Assembly (NCBI GenBank): GCA_030141605.1 | Contig: JAQGDQ010000523.1 | Coordinates: forward strand, 56,803-120,802 | Length of the DNA stretch: 64,000 nt | Source of the DNA: Tubiluchus corallicola | Lineage: Eukaryota > Animalia > Priapulida | Direction: 5' to 3' | Shown here: piece after piece, positions 1 to 11,200 of the stretch | How the letters are laid out: each line of letters opens with the position of its first letter | Position numbering within the stretch: position 1 is the stretch's first letter | Program-made: the position numbers and the translations under genes | The notes under the pieces: model-generated | Databases searched by the model: none | Told to the model about the DNA's origin: nothing | What the model saw: the letters and a program-made list of their open reading frames with translations, nothing else

Positions 1-18
1 ACGTTAGCTTAAAAAACT

Positions 19-168
19 ACATGTAATGGCCTACATAATTAATTTATTAGTGGGGCCATTTTGGTAGTCACTACCAACTTGCAGCTTGAACTAAGTTCAT
101 TTTACTTTTGAAAAACTTGGAATTTAGACAAGTTCGTTCTAGTGAAACTTGCCCAACACTAAAAAGTA
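19..168 (-). ncRNA. Candidate structured intronic RNA (H/ACA-like) in EEF1G intron 3
   Basis: Minus strand: hairpin TTGGGCAAGTT/AACTTGTCTAA, an ANANNA-type hinge (AAATGA), further hairpins, and a final stem AATGGCC/GGCCATT directly followed by ACA-TGT. Confidence 0.3.
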
Positions 169-233
169 TGTACAATTATTTATAATCGTGCAGCATTTAT
201 TCTCATTTAGCTATTAAAACATACTTTACCTAC

Positions 234-1768
234 CATAGAAGGCAATTGCATTGGTTTCAAAAAGACAAGCACCATTAGATGCTTCAAATGCTGGAACCTA
301 AAACAACAAAATTTCTATCCTAGTCACCACTCAACAATATCATCTAAGATATTTTTTAAAACTTAAAATTAAAAATAATTTATTCATTTAACACGTATCA
401 TAATCACATTAACTGACACACAAATTTGTATTTCAAAGGGATCATTGTTGTTAAAGCAAAAATTATGCAGGGAGATCTAAAAAAACAGTGGCTTATGATA
501 GGCCATCTACAAGTATTTTTCTAATAATTTTACAAAACAGATTTCCCAGATAAAATATAAAAACACAGTTAATAAATTTTGGGTTTTAAATCTCATCTTG
601 GTTGTAGGCATTAACACAACAATAAAAATACCATAGTCACAGTTAGTAATGTACTACTGATCAGTAGCAAAATTTAGTAACAAAGGGACTGCCTAGATCT
701 CTAATACATGGCACATCAGATGGAACAGTGGTGTGCAACTGTCCCAAGTCAGCCAAGTATTCAGTGCATTGCACATGATAAAGCAAGAACTCATGTATGA
801 AATATGAACTAAATCCAGCAGCCAACAGATGAAAATCTTGGGACTCTCAGCATTTCGATTTCCAATGACTTGAAATGGAATAAGCGCATAATTAAATAGA
901 AAAATCTGGAAATAGTGTCGTTCGAAATGAACTGTCGTTTCGAGATCATTTAAAACTCTAACGCAACCCAAACTGAATATGAGGCAATAATTTGCTCACC
1001 AAGATATGTCACTCTTAGAAATCAATTCTAAATTCAAAAGTGGTGCCTCAATCCACATTACAAATAACTGAAGACAGAAGAGAGGACGTTACGGTTCTAT
1101 ACTTGAGACGTGAGATAACTGACGATATATGACTTACCACAGAGGCAAGTTGGGCTATTATGGTCAGCGAATTGGTCGCCAATATTATTCGTTATCTTAT
1201 ATTTTAGTGTTTAGAAGCTCAGCGCTATTGCAGTCTTTAAACTAAGGCGCACCTCCTAGTCCTAGTCTTTAAACTAAAGTTTTGTAGACTAAAGAGCTTC
1301 GATTATTTTTACGGAAGGGTTTTGCACTAACGGCATTTTGACATCATTAGTTCCGATGTGACTTATTTATCATAATTACGTTTAACGTTAATCATAAAAT
1401 TAAAAAGGAAACAAAAATGTTGATGTGTAAATTGCAAAACAAACCTTGCACAAGGGAAACTTCTCTCGAAACGAATCAGTTTTATTCGTCTCGCCTAATT
1501 TAAAATCCTGAGCAATTTGTACATCAGCACCACTGTACTGTGCTGCAATCAGTACTTTAAAAGCTCGGAAGCTTCCTGCATACGTGTACAGCGTCTGAAA
1601 TTATAAAACCGCTAACATTAATCAAAGCGTACAAAATAATAAAATTACAAAATGTGCACAACTAATTTGCGATAGAAAGCAAGCAGTTTCCTGTGCTTTC
1701 ACGAAAGATTAACAAGTATTCATTAGATTTCAGATATGAAAATTAAAATTACATACGCCGGCAGCCAT
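234..1768 (-). CDS. EEF1G: Elongation factor 1-gamma, 5' part (exons 1757-1768, 1445-1594, 234-297; continues left of window)
   Basis: Manual minus-strand translation across GT-AG introns: MAAG|TLYTYAGSFRAFKVLIAAQYSGADVQIAQDFKLGETNKTDSFREKFPLCK|VPAFEASNGACLFETNAIAFY, the GST-like N-terminus of eEF1-gamma. Absent from the ORF track because the exons are short. Confidence 0.95.
600..765 (-). ncRNA. Candidate H/ACA-box snoRNA in EEF1G intron 2
   Basis: Minus strand: hairpin AATAC-TGGC..GGGACAGT/ACTGTTCC..GCCA-GTATT with an internal loop, hinge AGAGAT (imperfect H box), second hairpin closed by AGGCA/TGCCT, then ACA+3 nt. Same sense as a TOP-gene host. Confidence 0.4.
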
Positions 1769-1778
1769 GACTAAACCC

Positions 1779-1790
1779 AAAAAGGAAGAA
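1779..1790 (-). promoter_or_regulatory. 5' terminal oligopyrimidine (TOP/TCT) tract of EEF1G
   Basis: Minus strand reads TTCTTCCTTTTT about 10 nt upstream of the ATG. TOP/TCT starts are typical of translation-factor genes. Confidence 0.6.
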
Positions 1791-2150
1791 TTTTAGATCG
1801 CTGAAAAGACAACTGCAGTAACATTACAGTCTGCAAAAACTGGCGCGGTATCCAACTACACAGCTTTTGCGCTATTGGCTACGCCGTTGGTACATTTCTT
1901 TTTTCAGAGGGGTGTGCTATTATAAAAACGAACCAAGCTGCATTACACATTTAACACAAATACTAACTGCTTCGTAACACGCAAACTCAGAATGAAGCCT
2001 ATTTTATTTTTTAACACAAAGTTTTGTCACTACATTGCGTCATGCACTATTTTCTACTAGTAATTGCGTTCACCCCTATTTTGAAGACAAAATTCATTTA
2101 ACCTTCTCTAGTTACCAAAAAGCCCGGATGTGAAGTATTCGCGGAGAGGA
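1791..2150. promoter_or_regulatory. Bidirectional promoter between EEF1G and calcineurin B
   Basis: Divergent start codons 450 bp apart (1768 minus, 2218 plus). Contains ATTGG (CCAAT box, ~1874), TATAAAA (~1921) and an ETS-like CCGGATGT (~2124). Confidence 0.6.
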
Positions 2151-2217
2151 AACATTTCTACAGTCGTAGTATTCTGTAATAATAATTATTTTAGTGTAGT
2201 GGCAAAATTTTATCAAA

Positions 2218-5200
2218 ATGGTAAGATTTTCAGTTACGATTGAGTGCTTATGATCATATCCTAATATTTAATTTGTTTCTATGCTCATCTGTACTTTTTA
2301 TCTTACACTTGTGTGTTGGTACCTAGGACTAGTAGTGGTAAATACAGTGTTGACTGAGTTACAGAATACAGAGATGCACTCTCAACAGTGAGTCCGTGAT
2401 AAGCATTAATCTAACAACTGCCAGCTTAACCTTTGTTGCCTTTCCGTTCTGTCTACTAGGGAGTATGTGATTTTTCGCCTTGGCTTCTACAGTGGCCCGG
2501 ATTTGAAAAATTGTTAGAACTGCGGCTGTAAAAATTATATATGTCATGAACATTTGCAGTTTAGGTGTAGTTAGGCAAATAGGGCGCTATTACACTTTTG
2601 CACCGCCTAGTTTTTTTCTAGCCTATTGGTTGTTTTCACGCCTGCAGGCCAGAAAGCAGACCAACAGGCGTAATATACACCATATTCCCATAATATTATT
2701 GGTTTTTAGACCTTACAATTCCAGATTAAAATCATACATTACTTACCGTCACCATCACGCAAAAAGCTCCACGTGAATAACTGTGTTTACACCTCTAATG
2801 CGCAATCGCTCTCGCGCAGTGACGATGTGGCCCTTTACATGTATTTTTAGTTTCTTCGCATAATTTATGATTATTAGGGTTGCAGCCACGGGAGTTTGTA
2901 TCGTATCGCGGGTGGGCCTGGAACGGAACACTCACAATAAGTGAGGGAACACTGTATATAATAATTAATTACAAGCATACATATCTGTTTTTCATGTATA
3001 TTAAGTTGTTAGCTGGTCAACTTGTAACAAAAAATAAATTGCTTTCAATATTAAAAATATGTATGTTTATTTTTATTGTATTTTCCGGCTATTTTTTATT
3101 AAACTTACTAAGTGACATCATCACTACCTATCAAATCGTCACTATCATCACTGCCATCGGTCGTAATGTAGTATTATTACTATTAGATTATAAAAAAAGT
3201 AAAGGTTTTTTCGTTATTTCGTAAATGCGGTCAAGATGAAAGTGTGTCACGTGCCTTTTAAGCTAGGCCCTGATAATGCATAAACTACTACGAAATTCGT
3301 CACGTGACTACACACACAAACAAGATGGCAATACGAACTGTATAGGTGTAGAACTGTGAATACAACGTAATTATTGGTAATTATACCTAAATATATGATT
3401 AAATTACCACGAGATTAGCGGAAACATTCACTGATGACGTGAGAATAATAGAATAATGACCTACGAGCCTAGAAACGAGTAATAACCTAGAAAAAACTAG
3501 GCGGTGCGAAAGTGTAATAGCGCCAGCAATTTGTGCCCAAATTATGTAAGAGTCTCTGTTATATTTGGTCTTTTTTTGTTATTAATTCTTTATTTGTCAT
3601 TAAAATGGTTCACTCATTATAATAAAATTGAGTAAGCCTCAGCGTAATGTTAAGATAACGACACTGTTCAAGACAAATGCCGTGCTTAATGCCATCTTGT
3701 TGTGTATTTGATGAAACTGTTCATCCCAAGTGAGTTTATTAACGACAGTAATGCCTAAAAATTTTACATTTTTTGCTTGTTCTATGGAACAGTCGCCTAC
3801 TTTTAGTGTTGCATTAGAATATATAATGTCATTTGATTTGGGTGATGTTACCATAAATTCTGTCTTATCATCATTCATTTTTAAACCAAAATAGTTAAAT
3901 GCTGCATTTATATTTGTTATGTCTTTTTCTAGATTATTTTTTGATGTTAGAAAGTCTGCGTGTGCTGTATAGATAGTTGTGTCATCGTCATATTGTGTTA
4001 AGTCTGAATTATGTAAAACTAAATGAATTTTATTAACGTGTAAACAAAAGAGTAAAGGACCTAATATCGTACCTTGCGGGATGCCTCTCTGTGGTGTGTC
4101 CAATGTTGAAAAAGTGTGTTTGTTCAGCTTGACTCTTTGTTTTCTAGTGTGTAGGTAATTATGAATTAGTTTGAGAGAAGTATAATCAAATCCTAGTTGG
4201 CGTAAGGTGTCTAGTAGTAAATTGTGATCGAGGCTGTCAAAAGCTTTACTTAGATGGAAAAATACTGCTGTTATATATTTATTTTTATTTAAGTTGTAAC
4301 GCCACTTGATTTTCAGTGGCACCAATTATTGCGTCTATTGTAGAATGTAGTATTCTAAAACCGAATTGATGATTTGATAGTATCACTATTTTCAATGTAA
4401 TGGTTTATTTGGTTATAAATAACTCTTTCAAATACTTAGGCTAGTACATGCACTACTGAAATTGGTCTGTAGTTTTAGCGTCATCTTTAGCATCTTTCTT
4501 GTGTATTGGAGTCATGTTTGCTTGTTTACACACTGCTGGAAATTCTGAGCGCATTAAGACTTGGTTTCTGATATATGTTAGATGAGGAGCAATGAATCTT
4601 TAGATCTTTGTATACTTTTCAAATTTACCTTTCAAAGATAATAACTCAGCTGTCCACATGGCTTTGATGCCGAGCCCTCAATTTGCTCGTAATGCACTAA
4701 TCACATCTCCTGGCAAGGCATTCCAGCAGGGAATAATTCTTTCAATGAAAAAGTGACTACTTACGTTAATACAATAGAAACTTTGGAACAGTTTCATCGA
4801 ATGTCTACTTAGATCATAGTGGCAATGAGTTGGAAAGAAGAAGACAGCTTTACTCAAGATGATCAACTCGTTCAAAATTTTGAAACAATGAATAAGATCT
4901 ATAGTTTTGCATCTCTGATAGAGTGGGGTAATGTCTTCAGCTTGTTCGCAGTCATAACTCAAAGGCAACGACTCTGAAACTTTTTAAGTCCAAGTAAATG
5001 TGAGATTTCTCAATTCTATACTCCGAAAGGTTCAATAATCAATTTCCACATTGCAAGATGTTCCTTCAGGAATGAACTTAGTATCTCATGACAAAGCAAC
5101 TCTGTTTGGTACACCTTTGGGCGATCATGCCATTTTGCCTGTTTAGGGAAAAAATTTAGATCAATTAATGCTTTTTCATTCTTCGGCACATGCTGCATGA

Positions 5201-8200
5201 ACGTACTTCAACATTGTTTCTCGTTTCCAAAATTGGTCCATATGTTGAGATCTAAATCCGTTTTCCAAACTACATTTAGCCAATATGACTCTGTTCTTTG
5301 TGAAACTCTTCAGATTATACTAAACATACATAATTTATGTCTGATTCAGTTGGTGACAAGCTTCCTTGGCAGTTTCCAAAGGAGGACTTGGTATAAGAAG
5401 TACCACTCAGCTATCTCTCCCAGCCTTTCTGGCATCATCTAGTGGTTCTGCTTCTTTAGTACACAAAATCCTTTCCAGAGTTCCCACTGCTAGCTCTTAT
5501 GCTGCTTTAGATTTAGCAAAATCGATCTGGTTGGAAAAGTTGAAGCATTTGTAACAACCTTACCTGGTACATCTTCCCAAAAATTTTGGGATAAATCTCT
5601 AATCGAAGCATCATTTGATAGTTTGTTTGCCAGGATTTCTGAGGTTGATAAAGCACTGCTATTGCCAATGGCTTCTAGACATGCTGGTGCATGGCCTGAT
5701 TCTAAGTTGTTTAAAAAGCAGTGGTCGGTTTTTGAAATATCAGGCTGCCAATGATTTGATATGTTGTGCTTTAACTTCTCCTCATGTTGCTTCTGTGTTA
5801 GAGCCCACAAGGTTTGCCTAGGTCAGATGGCAAAAGGCCTGTCCAAATGCCTTTTATTCCTTGGACCAAACGTCGTTCACTTTTTTGGGATTTTGCTTGT
5901 GTGGATACATTGAAATCTTCAAATTTTGCTGTTTCAGCTGGTTCTCTAGGTTATGCGGAAATTAGGAAGTGGGAAATGGGAGATTAGGTCAACAAGTTTT
6001 TTTATTTCAAGGTTTATCCATTGCTTTACAAAGAGGTAATGCGATAAGCATCATGAGAACAATCCCTCCATCTGAAAGACTTGAAGAGGTTATGACCTCC
6101 TTCAAGTCTTAATACCGTCTCTTTCTTTTGGGAGCAATCTGAAAATTGTAAGCTGAAAGGTTTAAATAGTTAACTGTACTATTGTAACTTTAAATGAATG
6201 TATGATGATTGCTAATCATTGCTTTTGAATACTGTTTATTTTACCTAGTGTAGAGTGAATATGGTTATTAGCATTTCAAGATGTCTATGATTTGTATGTA
6301 AACCTAGTATAATATTTAATATACAGTCAATTTGTGATATTTTTGCATTGATTAATGGCAGTTGTATCTCACCAGCTCTGCACCTGTAAATTTCGGTAAT
6401 TGTTTGATTTTTTATGTGAATCGAAGCTGTTTTAACATTAAAATTACGTTACATTATTTGCCATCTCAAAGTTGAAAGATAGTAGCAAGCAAAATATCTT
6501 GATTGTTAAAATTTTTTAACATAATATCTCTGTTTTGCCTAACACAAATTTAGCATGTACACATTAAGGTAGCAGTAATGTCTAACCATCATTTAGTAAC
6601 CTTTAACTTATTTCCTGTGATGTGTCACTAAAGTTTGCTTAAGTTTTCTCTAATCTGCTCCCAGAGCTTTCAAGACAATGATGTGTGATGTCGACCTACA
6701 TCTAGATCTGTGTGCAAAATTTTTGAGAGGAAGTTGAAAACTAAAAATGTGTGGTTCACTGCATATGTCTGTTAGCTATGGTTCCATAGTGATACATAAT
6801 TTGAATTTCTTCATGTGGTAAATTCATTGAGTTAAATTATGTCATGAATGTACAAGGTTGTACGAAGCTGATTGCTAACATGGTGTGGACTATTAGTAAA
6901 TTGATAATAATGCATGCATAATGCTAATATAAAAGATATTTAAATATCAATTAATGTTAAAGGTGGTATGCACTGCTATTCTAATATATGAAAATATTTT
7001 ATAATATATTAAAATGTATAATGAGTTACTACTGAGTAATTGTTTATGGTTAAACTTTACAGCTCGCTTTTTGTTTACATTTAAATGATGAACAGATATT
7101 CTATTTTATTTTCAGAATTGTTTTTATAGCAGATAGCATCATTAGATGAAAATAACCAAGTTGATATTTCAATTTGTTATTTTCATCTTATGTGTGTATT
7201 TGGCAATGATGCCACATTTCATTAATTAATTCTAACGTGATCTATCTTGATATCATCATCATATTTAATTGATGCTGATCAACAAATTTGTTCTTACAGG
7301 GGAACGAAAACTCTCTACCAATGGAAATGTGCAGTCACTGTAAGTTTTCTACTATTTAAGTATTGATATAAATGGTTGCTACTTTTATGCATGTTGCTTT
7401 TTTAAATCCTTTTTTCCAAAAGAAACTGAATTTGTCTACAAAGAAGTGTAGCACAAGTAGATTTGAAGTGAAAATGCTTTCTAGTTAATTTTAGTTATTG
7501 CATCTTGAATTTTTAGAGTGTTGATATAAATATTGCGCTCTGGGCTAATAATAATTTATCCTTGTCACAGTGGATCTTGAGTAAATTATGTTTAAACAAA
7601 CACACAGCTTAGCTCTGTAAACATTGTGTTTACGTAAATGTCATCTGCGCTTGGATATGTCTGGTGTAGCCCTTTTAATTATTATCGTGTGCAGTTTACT
7701 TGTTGACGGTCAACAACATGCTATGTGCTGCTTTATCTTTGGCTCAAAGTCTATCCTGCTGCACGTCAGAATTATCCTTTGCTGAAACCTTAGTTCATTA
7801 TTGCATTGCCACTTGTGAGTTGTTGACCTGGCAAGCTCAAGATTGTTATTGTTACTGTGACTGTGGAAACAATTCAGAACATGCCGAAGTTTTTTACGAA
7901 GATGTTCGGCACGCCGAGCAGTGGAGAAACCGAAAAGTCTACTTATGGGAAACAGAAAAGTAAATACCGTGTTGCCGAGCTAAAATCACGCTCTCGTCAG
8001 CATCGAAGCAACAGTCTGCCGGTAGCTGAAGTCTCTGAATTACCGCAGACAAAATCAGTTCGAGAAGCAAGAGTTCGGAGCAACAGTCTCACTCTAGAGG
8101 TGCCAGATATTGTAGAAACCACACTGCCTCTGGACGTTGAATACATCAAAACTCCTCAGATGCAAACTCTTCAGGTGGCAGAAGATGGCAAGCTAGATGA

Positions 8201-11200
8201 GCGACTTCCAAGCATTACTGAAACTACTGAGAAAGAGCAAAATGCAGATTTAATGAATGATGACAGTCCATTAGATATTTTAAACCTTGTCCCACGTGAA
8301 TGTACGTGTCGACAACTTACGTAATGATGTAAAACATTTGCTTATGAAGCTACATATTGATTACCTTTTTCACTTGCCAGATACTGTCATAAAACAAAAG
8401 CTAGGTACTGGTACTGGGTACCACAAACATTTGCTTATGAAGCTACATATTGATTACCTTTTTCACTTGCCAGAAACTGTCATAAAATAAAAGCTAGGTA
8501 CTGGCACTGGGTACCACAATTTTTCATTGAAGCGATGCTTAAAACAAAATTCAATTTCGTTCTACTTTTGTTAAGCTGTGTACTGGTATTCTTGCATATG
8601 TCATTATAATTCTCTTTTGATGTTTGATTTTAGTTGACGCTGATGAAATTAAGCGACTGGGTAAGCGCTTTCGAAAGCTCGACTTGGACAATTCTGGTTC
8701 CCTTTCTGTCGATGAGTTTATGTCACTTCCTGAATTGCAACAAAATCCTTTGGTACAACGGGTAATAGACATATTTGATACTGATGGAAATGGAGAAGTC
8801 GATTTTAAAGGTTTGTAATAATTGTATTAGTAAAAGGTTTAGTATTACTATATTAAATCATCTTTAAGCTTACAGGCACTGTCAGCCTTTTTTGTAATGT
8901 CTGATCCAAGTGAGCCAGATGTCTTTTCGAACTTCCCAATGCCATTTCATGATGTACACATGCTTTATATACGTCCGCATGTGACAATGGTACCTACCCA
9001 GTTTGTTGTCGCATTGGCCAACAGGCCTCGTTGTTAAAGCACAAGAAAAAACCCTTCATAAATAGAACCTAAAAAAGTCGTGTCTTAAAATTTTATATCA
9101 TTTACTTGTTGTCTTATAGGGTACAGAGCTTGTATTAGCACTAATGCTGTATACAACTTGTGTATTTAAACTCCCGCGATGACCGTTAGGCGCAGCCATT
9201 TTAATGGCAACTCTTTTGCTACAAGTTTAGATAACATTGCGTAAAGTTTGAAAAACATTCACAGCTTTCATTGCACACTTTTGACTAACTAAGCAAAAGT
9301 ATATATTACTTTATCTTGTCAGTAAGATCAATAATGTCTTGGTTAACAAATGACTCACAGTGGGATGGTAATGCAGTGCTGTTTTACCAGGCAGCATGAA
9401 TGTCTTCAATTATTAAGAATTTTCTTATCCAATTACATAAGTCCTTCAAACAGCTAAATGTAATGCTAAGTAATATAACTTGATGCGTAAATTTTTTTGA
9501 GACGTACAAGTGCCATATTCCAACTTATGCTGCACCAAACCATTCATAAATGTAACATGTTGGATCTGGTGAGAATTGTTTTCATAAATAATCATTTGAA
9601 TTCGTACAAGAGAACATGATACAGAGAAGGATTTGTAAAATCTTAGTTTCGGTTATTACCCATGGATTTCTAACTGCTAAATATGAATGTGTTATTTGCT
9701 CACTGGGCAACGAGGTTGCTTACATATCTTGTTTGTTTACGTGTTTGCAGAATTTATCGAGGGTGTCTCACAGTTCAGTGTGAAAGGAGATAAGGAATCC
9801 AAACTCAGGTGTAAGTGCGCATTTTTGTTTACGTACATAATTTTTAACTGATTTCATCATTTTTACTGTGTTCTTTTGCACTCCATGCTTGTCATTTTAT
9901 GCTTACAGTTTCTAATTATTTATATATAGTCTTAATTACAACCTTATTAGTAATGATGGAACAAATCTGCTATGCAGTAGGTGCCGCTTAATAGACTCAC
10001 TCTGGGACGGAAGTGTCTTGACCCAATTAATCAACTAAATCTGTTAACCGACAGATGTAGTATTACTAATATAGAAGTATGAATCGTCGGTTTAGTGGGC
10101 AATGCAAAGGCTTTTAATGAATTTTAGAAACGAAGTAATGCCTAAACTCCTGTGTAATCATTAAAAATATTAATTTATAAAGTGAGTTAATAAAAAAGAA
10201 AATAGAAAAAGTTTGCTTTTTCATACAAGTGTGTTTATTTCCAAAAATTGCATAAATACGACCAAGGTCAGCTTCTTCATTTTTTGCACCAAGTTGGGTC
10301 AGAAACTCTCATAATGATAAAAACGTTGAAAATCTGTTGTTGTATGGTGCACAAATTCTCGTAAATAATTTAGTGCTTGGCATGCTTAAAAGTCAAAAAA
10401 GCATATTGGTCACATGAAAATGTCTTATTGAAGCATGCAGAGCAAAAATATTGAGTCAGTTATGCAGAGTTATTTGAGTCTCTTGTGGACAGTTTTTGCA
10501 TACATTTGCATAGAAGCGGCCGGTACCAGACGTTTTTGAGTCTATTAACCAGGAATCTAGTAAATGGTGCCTACTGTATTTAAATTTTCTGAAACCAATG
10601 TCAACTACATTGAAAGAAATTTCCGTAACTTTCTCAAACAAGGACTTTTGATTACGTCCAAATTTCTGACCACTGGACTGCGTCCAAATTTCTGACCATT
10701 GGACTGCTCATGTGCTTGCAATCTGAAAGTTGATTGCAAGATAACTAAGTGTGATCCAGGGTCTAACATGATTGTTTAATAATCCAAAGGTCAGTGGTTC
10801 AAACTCGAGTTCATCCCGTCTTTTTTGCACTTCCTATCTTTCTGCTGAATTTGGTTTTGCAAGAAAATCAATTATTCTGGGTTTATTTACCATGCCAACG
10901 ACTTTTTTTGAGGTAATAGACATATTCAGTTCACTGTTTTGAAACTACCTGTTTGACTTACCTTGAGTGAAAAGGAAAAATGCCTGCTTGTCTCATGACC
11001 AGATTAAAGAGCTGCATGGTGTATTAGGATCATTTATATGGTACAGTGTTCCCTCACTTATCATGGGTGTTCCATTCCAGGCCTACCTGCGATAAGTGAA
11101 TTTCCGCGAAGTAGGGACGCTATACTTATTTTAGTAGTTATACATTATTTTAAGTCTTTATAAACCCAGAAACCGTAGAAGTTGCAGAACGTTTGGGTGG

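Noticed and set aside
428-448. TTTCAAAGGGATCATT resembles U3 snoRNA box A
   Set aside because: Short match only; no boxes B, C or D at the expected spacing.
693-971. 92-aa ORF in an EEF1G intron
   Set aside because: Non-ATG start, no homology cues, no compatible splice sites.
955-978. CAACCCAAACTGA resembles a telomerase RNA template region
   Set aside because: It mismatches the TAACCCTAAC template and is on the opposite strand from the H/ACA-like element.
7205-7280. C/D snoRNA (AATGATG...CTGA) before CnB exon 2
   Set aside because: Degenerate C box, and the D box overlaps the likely branch point only ~20 nt from the acceptor.
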